Shown piece by piece: positions 21,636 to 30,882 of a stretch of DNA of 64,000 nucleotides; positions within the stretch are counted from its first letter, which is position 1; the number at the start of each line of letters is the position of its first letter. The position numbers were made by a program, and so were the translations under genes. The notes beneath the pieces were generated by a model. It did not search any database. It saw only the letters and a list, made by a program, of their open reading frames with translations, and was not told where the DNA came from. The DNA comes from an uncultured Desulfospira sp. GTDB lineage: Bacteria > Desulfobacterota > Desulfobacteria > Desulfobacterales > Desulfobacteraceae. Location: the NCBI GenBank assembly GCA_963663165.1, contig OY760175.1, positions 6,624,001 through 6,688,000 of the forward strand, written 5' to 3'.

Positions 21636-21660
21636 ATAAATGTTTGGTTCAAACATTTAT
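21636..21660. promoter_or_regulatory. Perfect palindrome upstream of sat (candidate operator)
   Basis: ATAAATGTTTG-GTT-CAAACATTTAT, about 45 bp before the sat ATG and downstream of a TTGACA at 21581. Confidence 0.5.
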
Positions 21661-21704
21661 TTGGGTATACGTTAATGCAATAAAAACCAAAGGAGAATGA
21701 TTGA

Positions 21705-22982
21705 ATGTCTAAATTAGTTGCCCCACATGGTGGAAAAGGCCTCGTGATTTGTAAACTCGAAGGCGCAGAACTTGAAGCAGAACTTAAAAAAGCAGCAGGC
21801 TTAAAAAAGATTGAGATTTCCTCCCAGGTTAAAGGCGACCTGATTATGCTGGGTATCGGTGGTTTCAGCCCCCTTAACGGTTTCATGACCAAAGCGGACT
21901 GGAAGAGCGTATGTGAGGATTTCCTCCTGGCCGACGGCACATTCTGGCCTGTCCCGGTAATGCTCGACGCTTCCAAGGAAGATGCCGACGCCATCAACGT
22001 CGGTGATGAAATCACCCTGGAAAGAAACGGCGAAATCTACGCCACAATGAAGGTCGAAGAAAAATTCGAGCTGTCCGAAGACGAGAAAAAATGGGAATGT
22101 GAAAAGGTCTACAAAGGCCATGGTGAAGAGTCTGCAGACGATGTTTTCTGGAAAATTGCCATGGAAGACCATCCTGGCGTTAAAATGGTTATGGCCAGAA
22201 AAGAATACTGCCTGTCAGGCCCTGTAAAAGTCCTTTCCGAAGGCGAATTCCCCGAAAAATTCAAAGGTGTTTACCTGACCCCGACCGAAACCCGTGCGAT
22301 CATGGATGAAAAAGGCTGGGCAAACGTTGCTTCCATGCAGCTGAGAAACCCCATGCACAGATCCCATGAGCATCTGTGCAAAATCGCTCTGGACGTTTGT
22401 GACGGCGTTCTGATCCACTCTTTGATCGGTAACCTCAAACCCGGTGATATCCCCGCAGAAGTCCGGATCAAATGCATTGACACCCTGATCAAGGGTTACT
22501 TTGTTCCCGAACACGTTATTAACGGCGGATATCCCCTTGACATGAGATATGCCGGCCCCCGTGAAGGCCTGCTCCATGCCACCTTCCGTCAGAACTACGG
22601 CGTTAACAGAATGATCATCGGCCGTGACCATGCCGGCGTTGGTGACTTCTACACCCTGTTTGAAGCCCAGGAAATTTTCGATACCATCCCCATGCCCGCA
22701 GAAGACGGCAAACGCCTGCTGTGCGAACCCCTGAAAATTGACTGGACCTTCTACTGCTACAAATGTGACGGCATGGCCTCCATGAGAACCTGCCCCCACG
22801 GCAAAGATGACCGCGTTATCCTTTCCGGTACCAAACTGCGTCATGCCCTGTCCAACAACGAACCGGTTGTTGATCACTTCGGCCGTGAAGAAGTTCTGGT
22901 TATCCTCAGAGAGTACTATGCCAGCCTGACCGAAAAGGTTGAAGTAAAACTGCAAAGCCACGCAGAAGGCACCAAGATGTAG
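21705..22982 (+). CDS. sat: Sulfate adenylyltransferase (dissimilatory type)
   Basis: [38 protein letters not shown] and LSGTKLR motifs; biased codon usage typical of a highly expressed gene. Confidence 0.98.
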   Translation: MSKLVAPHGGKGLVICKLEGAELEAELKKAAGLKKIEISSQVKGDLIMLGIGGFSPLNGFMTKADWKSVCEDFLLADGTFWPVPVMLDASKEDADAINVGDEITLERNGEIYATMKVEEKFELSEDEKKWECEKVYKGHGEESADDVFWKIAMEDHPGVKMVMARKEYCLSGPVKVLSEGEFPEKFKGVYLTPTETRAIMDEKGWANVASMQLRNPMHRSHEHLCKIALDVCDGVLIHSLIGNLKPGDIPAEVRIKCIDTLIKGYFVPEHVINGGYPLDMRYAGPREGLLHATFRQNYGVNRMIIGRDHAGVGDFYTLFEAQEIFDTIPMPAEDGKRLLCEPLKIDWTFYCYKCDGMASMRTCPHGKDDRVILSGTKLRHALSNNEPVVDHFGREEVLVILREYYASLTEKVEVKLQSHAEGTKM

Positions 22983-23081
22983 CAAGAACTATTAGCTGTT
23001 AGCGATTAGCAGTTAGCTTTTCAAAGAAGTCATGAACGAAGCTGATTTTAAAAGCCGCTTCGTTCATGGCGGTTCATAAAG

Positions 23082-23124
23082 AAAACGGCCTTTCCCCGAA
23101 AAGGGGGGAAGGCCGTTTTTGTTT
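23082..23124 (+). terminator. Rho-independent terminator of sat
   Basis: AAAACGGCCTTTCCCC-GAAAA-GGGGGGAAGGCCGTTTTTGTTT; preceded by a second 12-bp hairpin at 23031-23068. Confidence 0.85.
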
Positions 23125-23235
23125 ATAACGGCCATACCCTAAAGGGCAGAAACCGGGGCCGCTTTGGTTATCCAACCAAGAGCCGCCCACAACAAATATT
23201 GAAAGTCTTTTTAGGTTGTTAGTGAGACTTTTTTA
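23124..23235 (-). repeat. Family-A two-hairpin repeat (reverse copy with a small insertion)
   Basis: Reverse complement reads AAAGTCTCACTAAC...AAGACTTTCAATATTTGTTGTGGGCGGCTCTTGGTTGGATAACCAA...GGCCGTTATA. Confidence 0.85.
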
Positions 23236-23285
23236 TGAAACATCATGAAGAGCATATCTCCCAATGCCTGACCCTGTCCGTTACT

Positions 23286-23466
23286 CTCTGTGAAGTTTGG
23301 CGCAGCCAAACCTTAAGTGTCCTCTGTGGTTTAAAAACATGAAATCCCAAAGGGATTGAAAGGTTTTTCTTGAAATTCCTGGTTTGTGAAATCAGCGGGC
23401 TTCGCCCGCATTTTCTATTTAACCACAGAGAGAATAGAGGTTTGGCTTGCGCCAAACTACACAGAG
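23286..23466. repeat. About 180-bp inverted-repeat element with about 45-bp arms and an internal GCGGGC-TTC-GCCCGC hairpin
   Basis: Left arm CTCTGTGAAGTTTGGCGCAGCCAAACCT...CTCTGTGGTT matches the reverse complement of right arm AACCACAGAG...AGGTTTGGCTTGCGCCAAACTACACAGAG. Confidence 0.75.
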
Positions 23467-23539
23467 GAGACCCGCAAATAACATACCCGAAAGACATTGA
23501 ATGGCTAACAGCTAAAGGCTAAAGGCTAATAGCTAATCG

Positions 23540-25822
23540 CTAATTGGGGGGTTTAAAGTCCAGATCCGCTTTCACCACCGGAACCCGGGTGGAAAAGGCC
23601 TGATTAAAGATTTCAAGGAGTTTGACGTTCTGCTTGGCCATCATCACGCAATTGCCTGAAATGGCGTAAAACAGGATGCTCAGGCGGGTTTTTGAGGAGT
23701 CATCCCTGATCCGTTCAATCTGGTTGGTGTTGTAATGGTCCACCAGGTTTCTAAGGTAATGGAACTGGTCAACAATTTCATGATAATCAACGATTTCTTT
23801 TTTGGCCAGGGCGGTTTCCACCTTAAGAAAAATATACAGAATCACCATTTTAATTTCCCTGAGTTCCTGAACCTGAACCGGTAAAAGCCCCTTGTGCCGG
23901 TTAGATACATGCATGGAGGCTTTGATGACCGTATCCCTGTACCCGTCACAGATTTTCTGGAGCCTTCGGATGATCTGGTAGTAATTATAGGAGACCTGGT
24001 TGTCTTCTTTTTGCAGATGGCGCAGCACCTTGAAGATGTTGGCAATGATGATATTGATGGCGCTTTGAAAGTGTTTGACCCGTTTTCGCTGGGTCCTTAA
24101 GGTAATCAGATCTTCTTCGAACAGGGCATCAAAGGAAAGCTCAAAGGCATGGCGGATTTCTTTTAAGATCAGGGCTAAATGATCAAAGGTTTCGGAAACA
24201 GCTGTTTCAAAATTATCGATTTTTTCCAGGTGAAATACCCGGATTTCATTTTTATCCTTTTCCTTTGTTTCATGGCTTTTTTTATTTTTCAGAATCATGA
24301 ATGCGGCAAAGGCTCCCAGCCCAACAATTCCAAATCCCTTTAAATAAAAAATCACATTGGCAAATACAAATGAAACCACAAAAGCGATAAAAGCGGTCAT
24401 AAACCAGCCGCCGACCACCGTGAGGACACCGGTAACCCTGAAAACCGCACTTTCCCTTCCCCAGGCCTGATCGGAAAAGGAACTGCCCATGGCCACCATA
24501 AAGGTCACATAGGTGGTGGACAACGGCAGTTTCAGTGATGTGGCAAAGGAGACCACCGCACTGGCCACCATGAGGTTGACAGATGCCCTGAGCAGGTCAA
24601 AAGACGGGGTTTCCAGGGCATTGAGATTCCGGCTGCCCTGTAAAGGGAGCAGCCGGTTTGAAATCCGTTCCCGGACGGTCTGCCCGGCCAAGGATTTGAC
24701 CGAGTTGAAAAGGGTATCGAACAGGTTAACAATTTTCCTGGAAAGCCAGATGGACTCAAACCGTTCCAGTCCTTCGTCCTGCCGCCCCAGGCGGATTTCA
24801 GTCTCTGTGACGGTTCTTGCCTTTTTGGAGATCCACAAGGTAACCACCATGATAGCCCCTGCAATGAGCATGATAAAGGTCTGGGAATGTACTTTTTTGC
24901 TTAAGGCCGCCATGGTGACATGAAGGGGATCTGAAGAGGCCAGGGCGTTTTGGAATGCATTCAGACCGGCTAAGGGGACACCGATGAAGTTGACCAGGTC
25001 ATTGGCGGCAAAGGCCATGGCCAGGGCAAAGGTCCCGACAAGGACAATGGGTTTGAGGATGTTGATGTTGAACATGGCAATGAGAAATTGAAACATAAGG
25101 GCGGAAATCAGGAAAATTCCGAACATGATGGCCATGGAATTGGCTTTGATCCATGCAATGGTCTGTTCATCCATAAAGGTAGCGCCTTTAGCGCCCTTGA
25201 CCAGGATGAAAAAGCAGATGGCAGTCATGGCAATGCCGCCCCAGGCCGCCCCGTACCGCCGAAGCCTGTCCCGGTAATCAAAGGTGAAAATCATCCGGGA
25301 TAGAAACTGGACCACGGCCCCTGAAAAAAAGGCCACCACAATGGACAGCAGGATGCCGCCCATAATGGCCATGGCCTTGGCTGTATTGATATACTGCCAC
25401 AACCCGAGTTCCCCATTTGACTCAGACATGATCTTAACGGCTGAGACGGCCACTGCCGCACCGAGAAGTTCAAATACAATAGAAACCGTTGTGGAGGTGG
25501 GCAGCCCATGGGTGTTGAACAGGTCCAATAAGAGGATATCCGTGATCATAACGGCAATAAAGATGGTTAACAGCTCGGGCATGGTAAAGAACTGGGGATG
25601 AAAAATGCCTTTCCGGGCCACTTCCATCATGCCGCCGGAAAAGGTCACCCCGGCCAGAATGCCCAGGCTTGCCACCAGCATGATAATTTTAAACGGGGCC
25701 GCCTTTGACCCGATGGATGAGTTTAAAAAATTAACGGCGTCATTGGTGACGCCGACAATCAGGTCAAAAACAGCGAAAAGGATTAATATACCGACGATGG
25801 CATAGCATAGTTGCAGGCTCAT
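23540..25822 (-). CDS. Inorganic phosphate transporter (PiT/PHO4 family) with a C-terminal PhoU-like helical domain
   Basis: GVTNDAVN and FAANDLVN PiT signatures, two GLPTSTT/LPLSTT motifs, many TM segments and a soluble helical C-terminus. Confidence 0.88.
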   Translation of the reverse strand: MSLQLCYAIVGILILFAVFDLIVGVTNDAVNFLNSSIGSKAAPFKIIMLVASLGILAGVTFSGGMMEVARKGIFHPQFFTMPELLTIFIAVMITDILLLDLFNTHGLPTSTTVSIVFELLGAAVAVSAVKIMSESNGELGLWQYINTAKAMAIMGGILLSIVVAFFSGAVVQFLSRMIFTFDYRDRLRRYGAAWGGIAMTAICFFILVKGAKGATFMDEQTIAWIKANSMAIMFGIFLISALMFQFLIAMFNINILKPIVLVGTFALAMAFAANDLVNFIGVPLAGLNAFQNALASSDPLHVTMAALSKKVHSQTFIMLIAGAIMVVTLWISKKARTVTETEIRLGRQDEGLERFESIWLSRKIVNLFDTLFNSVKSLAGQTVRERISNRLLPLQGSRNLNALETPSFDLLRASVNLMVASAVVSFATSLKLPLSTTYVTFMVAMGSSFSDQAWGRESAVFRVTGVLTVVGGWFMTAFIAFVVSFVFANVIFYLKGFGIVGLGAFAAFMILKNKKSHETKEKDKNEIRVFHLEKIDNFETAVSETFDHLALILKEIRHAFELSFDALFEEDLITLRTQRKRVKHFQSAINIIIANIFKVLRHLQKEDNQVSYNYYQIIRRLQKICDGYRDTVIKASMHVSNRHKGLLPVQVQELREIKMVILYIFLKVETALAKKEIVDYHEIVDQFHYLRNLVDHYNTNQIERIRDDSSKTRLSILFYAISGNCVMMAKQNVKLLEIFNQAFSTRVPVVKADLDFKPPN

Positions 25823-25880
25823 GGTTGTTGGCTCCTGTGTGGGTTCCTTTTAGGCGGGTTGGGGGTGGAATGTGGATGGT

Positions 25881-25909
25881 TCCTAATAAAATCCTAATCA
25901 AATCGCAAC
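25881..25909 (-). promoter_or_regulatory. 11-bp-period direct repeats upstream of the PiT gene (candidate Pho box / OmpR-PhoB site)
   Basis: On the + strand: TCCTAAT at 25881 and 25892, and TCGCAAC at 25903; 60-90 bp upstream of the start codon. Confidence 0.45.
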
Positions 25910-25972
25910 AAGATGCTTATATTTAGAGTATATTGAGAGAAAATTCAAGGGATTGATGGCTAAAACAGCGGC

Positions 25973-26830
25973 TTAACGGTTTTGCAGTTTTAAAATAGCG
26001 GCATAAACCTGTTTTTTGGGGATGGCGTACTGTTTTGAAATTTTCCCCGCAAGGGAAGCGGTGCCCTCATCATGACCCTGCTCAAGATGGTCTTGAATCA
26101 GGCCATCAAGTTGCTCTTCGGTCAGGCCGGGGCTTTTTTCCCGGCACCCTTCAACCAGCAGGGTGCATTCTCCTTTAACCTGGCCAAGGCTTTGAATTTT
26201 GGCCTCAAGACAGTCAATGATCCGGGAAAGGGTGCCCCTGATATATTCTTCATGTTGTTTGGTGATTTCCCGGGCCAGGCAGGCGTTTCTGTCGCCAAGG
26301 GTGTGTTTGATCTGATGGATCAGGGAAAGGATACGCCTTGGGGATTCGTAAAAAATCAGGGTGGCTTTCTGGTTTTCAAGTTCCTTGAGGGCATTGATCT
26401 GCTGCCCCTGTTTTTTGGGTAAAAATCCGACAAACAAAAACATATCAGACGGCAGTCCGGACACACTTAATCCGGCAATGGCCGCAGAACAGCCCGGGAC
26501 CGGGATAACCCGGATATCTTCTGCTGCAGCGGCACTGACCAGGCGAAAGCCCGGGTCTGAAATACAGGGTGTTCCGGCATCTGTAATCAGGGCAATGGTT
26601 TTTCCGTCGTTAAGGTGTTCGGTCAGCTGGGCTGATTTTTCTTGTTCATTGTATTCATGGCAGGAAACCATGGGGGTGGATATGCCGTAATGGGCCAGCA
26701 GTTTTCTGGAGTGGCGGGTATCCTCAGCGGCAATCATATCGGCTTGTTTCAGGATTCTTACGGCCCTGAAGGTCATGTCTTCCAGGTTGCCCAGAGGCGT
26801 GGCCACGATATAAAGAATACCGGCGCTCAT
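25973..26830 (-). CDS. rsmI: 16S rRNA (C1402-2'-O)-methyltransferase
   Basis: LYIVATPLGNLED, AAEDTR, DAGTPCISDPG, YESP and REITK motifs. Confidence 0.97.
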   Translation of the reverse strand: MSAGILYIVATPLGNLEDMTFRAVRILKQADMIAAEDTRHSRKLLAHYGISTPMVSCHEYNEQEKSAQLTEHLNDGKTIALITDAGTPCISDPGFRLVSAAAAEDIRVIPVPGCSAAIAGLSVSGLPSDMFLFVGFLPKKQGQQINALKELENQKATLIFYESPRRILSLIHQIKHTLGDRNACLAREITKQHEEYIRGTLSRIIDCLEAKIQSLGQVKGECTLLVEGCREKSPGLTEEQLDGLIQDHLEQGHDEGTASLAGKISKQYAIPKKQVYAAILKLQNR

Positions 26831-27198
26831 GGTCCATCAGCCTGGAATGCATTGGGGATCAGGTTCATCTGCCAGCGGCCGTTATTGAGGACCATTTCCA
26901 TGACATCAAACCGGGACCGCTGGTCATGAAGGTTGTTTTCTTTCAGATACCAGGCGGCTGCGGTAATGATTTTGCGCTGTTTGGCCACGGTCACGGCCTG
27001 CCTTGGCAGGGCCTTGTCCTTACGGGTTCTGGCCTTGACCTCTATAAAGCACAGGGTGTCCCCATCCCGGGCAATGATGTCGATTTCGGCAAATCTGGTC
27101 CGGTAATTCTGACAGACCAGGATGTATCCGTTTTGTTTCAGAAAGTCTACGGCCAGGGCCTCCCCGGTTTTCCCAAACGCTATCCTGTCCCGGCTCAT
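26827..27198 (-). CDS. yraN: YraN family (UPF0102) nuclease-like protein
   Basis: GE.LA..FL..NGY, EIDII, FIEVKAR and RFDV motifs. Confidence 0.93.
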   Translation of the reverse strand: MSRDRIAFGKTGEALAVDFLKQNGYILVCQNYRTRFAEIDIIARDGDTLCFIEVKARTRKDKALPRQAVTVAKQRKIITAAAWYLKENNLHDQRSRFDVMEMVLNNGRWQMNLIPNAFQADGP

Positions 27199-27794
27199 GG
27201 GCAGCGTACCCCTTTAAACGTGAGCCGGTGGACAGGGCAGTGCCCATGGTCAAGAATGGCCTGTTTGTGGGCTTGGGTGGGATAGCCCTTGTGCCTGGCA
27301 AAGCCGTATTGGGGAAAGGCCTTGTCCAGGTCTGCCATGATCCGGTCCCGGGTGACCTTGGCAATGATGGAGGCCGCAGCAATAGAGATGCTTTTTGAGT
27401 CCCCCTTGACAATGGCTTCCTGCTTGATTTCAGGGCCAAGGTCCAGGGTGAATTTCCCGTCAATGAGCAGATATTCCGGCTGGATAGAAAGAGCCTCTAC
27501 GGCCCGCTTCATGGAAAGAAGGGATGCCCTTAAGATGTTGATCCGGTCAATCTCCTCATGGTCACAGATCCCGACTTCAGCGGCCAGGGCCTGTTCCATG
27601 ATCATGGGAAAGAGGACCTCTCTTTTCTTTTCGGACAATTTTTTTGAATCGTTGATGTCCGGGCAGGTAAAGTCCAGGGGAAGGATCACCGCCGCAGAAA
27701 CGACAGGGCCGGCAAGGGGCCCCCTGCCGGCTTCGTCACATCCTGCAATATATTGGTATCCCTTTTGGGATAAGGCTGTTTCAAACTGCCGCAT
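27195..27794 (-). CDS. rnhB: Ribonuclease HII
   Basis: GCDEAGRGPLAGPV, DSKKL, LIDG, IAAASIIAKV and HKGYPT motifs; start moved to ATG 27794 because the upstream extension is repeat-derived. Confidence 0.95.
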   Translation of the reverse strand: MRQFETALSQKGYQYIAGCDEAGRGPLAGPVVSAAVILPLDFTCPDINDSKKLSEKKREVLFPMIMEQALAAEVGICDHEEIDRINILRASLLSMKRAVEALSIQPEYLLIDGKFTLDLGPEIKQEAIVKGDSKSISIAAASIIAKVTRDRIMADLDKAFPQYGFARHKGYPTQAHKQAILDHGHCPVHRLTFKGVRCP

Positions 27795-27802
27795 AAGAAG
27801 GT

Positions 27803-27906
27803 GGTTAGGCTGAAGGTATTTAGACTGAAGGGGGTCAGGTTTAAAACACAAGATAGGCTAAGGAGTTTGTCAGCCTTAAGCCTATCTGCCTTCAGTCTTC
27901 AGCCTA
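27803..27906. repeat. Inverted short-repeat pair (CTGAAGG / CCTTCAG)
   Basis: TTAGGCTGAAGGTATTTAGACTGAAGG ... CCTTCAGTCTTCAGCCTA between rplS and rnhB. Confidence 0.7.
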
Positions 27907-27910
27907 TTTC

Positions 27911-28261
27911 CTATACCGGTCTTTTCTCTTTAATTCTGGCGGCTTTGCCCCTCAGGTTTCTCAGATAGTAGAGTTTGGAGCGGCGTACCCGGCCCCGGGT
28001 CACCACTTCAATTTTATCAATGGCCGGTGAGTAAAGGGGAAAAATTCTTTCCACCCCGACACCCGAAGATATTTTTCTTACGGTAAACCGTGCGCCGGAA
28101 AGGCCCCCGGTTTTTTTGATAACAACACCCTCAAATACCTGGATTCTTTCTTTTTCTCCTTCTTTGATTTTGACGTGAACCTTTACGGTGTCCCCTGAAT
28201 CAAAGTCCGGAATATCCAGACGCATCTGTTCTCTTTCCAATTTTGCGATAACTTGTGACAT
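27911..28261 (-). CDS. rplS: 50S ribosomal protein L19
   Basis: [32 protein letters not shown] and [10 protein letters not shown] motifs; GGAGG RBS before ATG 28261. Confidence 0.98.
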   Translation of the reverse strand: MSQVIAKLEREQMRLDIPDFDSGDTVKVHVKIKEGEKERIQVFEGVVIKKTGGLSGARFTVRKISSGVGVERIFPLYSPAIDKIEVVTRGRVRRSKLYYLRNLRGKAARIKEKRPV

Positions 28262-28309
28262 GCTTCCTCCTGGTTTTCTTAACCTGCCGGCCAATATCAG
28301 CCGGCTTTT

Positions 28310-28873
28310 TCAGCTGTTCGTAATTCTGTCCAAATATATAGATGCAGCAGACCTGACGGAAAGGTGGTTATACTCTCCTGGTCCTTTAATGGGGTCAAGC
28401 CTCAGGTCGCATGACCCGGTAATGGTTTCGGCAAGTCCCCATGCCGTGCCCAAAACCAGGACATGAGCTGCATTTTCCGTTAACTGTTCCTTAAGTGCCC
28501 GGGCCGGTATGGTGGCTTCCGATTCCCTTGCACTGGTTGCTATGGTGACAACCTTTTTATATCCCCTGCTCAATAAATCTTCTTTAACCTGATCAAAGCT
28601 TTGCGCTGTTTTAATCAGTTCTAACGCCTCTTTTCTGGCCGGGTTCAGTTCCCCGCCAACCCCGCAGGTCCAATGCCCTATGATCTGACGGGCCAGTTCT
28701 ATCTGGTCTTCATAGGGAGTGACCACATAATACCCGGCCGCCCCAAATGTCCGGCACGCCCGGGCAATATCATGAAGATCCATATTGGTCAAGGCCGAAC
28801 CAATTTCTTTGCCCCGTTTGTTCACCACCGGAAAATGGATCAAGGCAACATATAGCGTGTCCAAACCTGCCAT
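28310..28873 (-). CDS. SPOUT-class RNA methyltransferase (TrmD-associated standalone domain)
   Basis: LYVALIHFPV, TNMDLHDIAR, GTAWGL and YNHLSVRSAASIYLDR motifs. Confidence 0.88.
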   Translation of the reverse strand: MAGLDTLYVALIHFPVVNKRGKEIGSALTNMDLHDIARACRTFGAAGYYVVTPYEDQIELARQIIGHWTCGVGGELNPARKEALELIKTAQSFDQVKEDLLSRGYKKVVTIATSARESEATIPARALKEQLTENAAHVLVLGTAWGLAETITGSCDLRLDPIKGPGEYNHLSVRSAASIYLDRITNS

Positions 28874-28881
28874 AATCCGGT

Positions 28882-29652
28882 CTATTCCACTGCTCCGGCC
28901 AGGGTTTCAAGGCGGCGGGCCCAGTTGAGAAGAATCTGTTTTTCTTCCGGTGTCGGGCCGGTGGCCTTAAACAGGTCAGGCCGTTTGATCACCGTCCTGA
29001 GAAGCCCTGATTCCATACGCCATTGGGCCACTCTGCCATGGTCCCCGGACAGCAGAACCCCCGGAACCTCAAGGCCTTCAAAATTTTCAGGCCGGGTATA
29101 CTGGGCATGTTCAAGCCGGTCACCCACAAAAGAGTCAGCCAGGGGGGAGTCGTCGCTTCCCAAAACCCCGGGGATCAGCCGGGCCGTTGCATCAATCACT
29201 GCCATGGCCGCTAATTCTCCCCCGGTCATGACATAATCCCCTAGGGATATCTCCTCATCAACAAACAGATCATGGACCCGTTCGTCTATGCCCTCATAAC
29301 GGCCGCAGATAAATATCAGGTCCTGCTGCGCCTGGGCAAACCTTAAGGCATCTGACTGGTCAAACCGCTTCCCCTGGGGACTTAAAAGGATGACCTTTGC
29401 CCCGGGGGTCTTTTGCCTGGCCCATACCACTGCTTTTGACAAGGGGCCCGGCGTCATCACCATGCCGGCGCCGCCCCCGTAGGGCCGGTCATCCACCGTA
29501 TTATGCCGGTCCTCGGAAAAATCCCTGATCTGGATGCTTTCACCGGATATCAGCTTCCGGTCAATGCCCCGTTTAACCATGCCATGGTCAAAAAAAGCAT
29601 TGGTCAGTTCCGGGAAAAGGGTGAGTACCGTAAAATTCATGGCTGGCTTCAT
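28882..29652 (-). CDS. trmD: tRNA (guanine37-N1)-methyltransferase
   Basis: VDDRPYGGGAGM, LSPQG, CGRYEGIDER and SLGDYVMTGGE motifs. Confidence 0.97.
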   Translation of the reverse strand: MKPAMNFTVLTLFPELTNAFFDHGMVKRGIDRKLISGESIQIRDFSEDRHNTVDDRPYGGGAGMVMTPGPLSKAVVWARQKTPGAKVILLSPQGKRFDQSDALRFAQAQQDLIFICGRYEGIDERVHDLFVDEEISLGDYVMTGGELAAMAVIDATARLIPGVLGSDDSPLADSFVGDRLEHAQYTRPENFEGLEVPGVLLSGDHGRVAQWRMESGLLRTVIKRPDLFKATGPTPEEKQILLNWARRLETLAGAVE

Positions 29653-29695
29653 GGATGGGCCTTAAAAAAAAGACTGCCCTTAAGGACCCATATCC

Positions 29696-30232
29696 TCAGG
29701 AGCAGTACCCTTCCGGCAGCGTGGTCCGGATCACCTTGTTTTTAAGGTCAACCGATGCCACAAACTGCCGGTGCATGGGGATCAGTGTTTCCCGGCCGGT
29801 CTCTTTGTCCTTGATCACCAGAACATCATGGGCCCCGGTGGGCAAAATGGAATCCACCACACCCAGATTCCCATAGGCCTTGTCGGCGACGGTAAGACCG
29901 TAAAGGTCGTTCCAGTACCAGGTGTCGTCATCGAGTTCGGGCAGGCTGTCCCTGGGGATCAGGATGTCCTGGCCCACAAGCTCTTCGGCCATATCCCTTG
30001 AATCCACCTCTTTAAACCCCAGCAGCAGCCCTTTTTTCATGGGTGAAGACCGGGTGATGGTAAATGCCTCTCCAAGGGAAGCGGCTGATCCCGCATCCGG
30101 CCGCTTCAGCCTGACCTGCCTGCCAATGGAAAAAATTTTGTGGGACTCGGCAAAGGAGTGAACTTTAAGATTCCCGCCAAGGCCGTGAACCCCGGTGATT
30201 TTCCCGATGGTAAGCAGCCCTTCTTCATCCAT
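29696..30232 (-). CDS. rimM: Ribosome maturation factor RimM
   Basis: IGKITGVHGLGG, WYWNDLYG and TGAHDVL motifs; operon position. Confidence 0.95.
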   Translation of the reverse strand: MDEEGLLTIGKITGVHGLGGNLKVHSFAESHKIFSIGRQVRLKRPDAGSAASLGEAFTITRSSPMKKGLLLGFKEVDSRDMAEELVGQDILIPRDSLPELDDDTWYWNDLYGLTVADKAYGNLGVVDSILPTGAHDVLVIKDKETGRETLIPMHRQFVASVDLKNKVIRTTLPEGYCS

Positions 30233-30235
30233 GAC

Positions 30236-30466
30236 CTACTCGATAATCTCCAGGACCGTCCTTTTTTTCATCTTTGTGGATGCCGCGCTTAAAATGGTCC
30301 TCATGGCCCGGGCAGACCGTCCCTGTTTTCCGATCACCTTTCCCAGATCTTCTTTGGCCACCTTCAGCTCGAGTACCGATGTCTGATCACCAACAACTTC
30401 AGACACCTGAACCTGGTCAGGATTGTCCACCAGTGCCTTTGCAATGTATTCTATCAGCTCTTTCAT
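30236..30466 (-). CDS. khpA: KH-domain RNA-binding protein
   Basis: [17 protein letters not shown]...[11 protein letters not shown]; start moved to 30466. Confidence 0.95.
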   Translation of the reverse strand: MKELIEYIAKALVDNPDQVQVSEVVGDQTSVLELKVAKEDLGKVIGKQGRSARAMRTILSAASTKMKKRTVLEIIE

Positions 30467-30523
30467 AAGTACATCTCCTTTTTCCGTATATATAGGGTGG
30501 GTGAGAATACCTGGGTTTAACTT

Positions 30524-30584
30524 GTGTTTGAACTGAAAATTGACCATCTGCGCCTTGCATATGGACACCCTTTCATCCAGACAC
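30524..30584 (+). repeat. Family-B element, internally deleted copy
   Basis: GTGTTTGAACTGAAAATTGACCATCT joined directly to GCGCCTTGCATATGG...CATCCAGACAC. Confidence 0.8.
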
Positions 30585-30623
30585 GGGTTTTTGTTCAGAC
30601 GCTAACTTGCCGGGGTGGGCCGG

Positions 30624-30872
30624 TTATGCTGCGGCCACGCCCTGTTTTTTCAATATGGACTGGACGGTTGTGGAGGGCTGTGCCCCCTGTCCAAGCCAGT
30701 ATTGAATCCGTTCGGCTTTCAGCTCAATGGCCGCCGGTTCTGTCATGGGGTTGTAGGTGCCGAGAACCTCAAGGAATCTTCCATCCCTGGGGGATTCAAT
30801 GTCGGCCGCCACGATTCTGTAAAAAGGCCTTTTTTTAGTCCCTTTTCTGGTTAACCTGATTCTTACGGACAT
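30624..30872 (-). CDS. rpsP: 30S ribosomal protein S16
   Basis: [26 protein letters not shown] and GAQPS motifs. Confidence 0.98.
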   Translation of the reverse strand: MSVRIRLTRKGTKKRPFYRIVAADIESPRDGRFLEVLGTYNPMTEPAAIELKAERIQYWLGQGAQPSTTVQSILKKQGVAAA

Positions 30873-30882
30873 ATGTTTCTCC

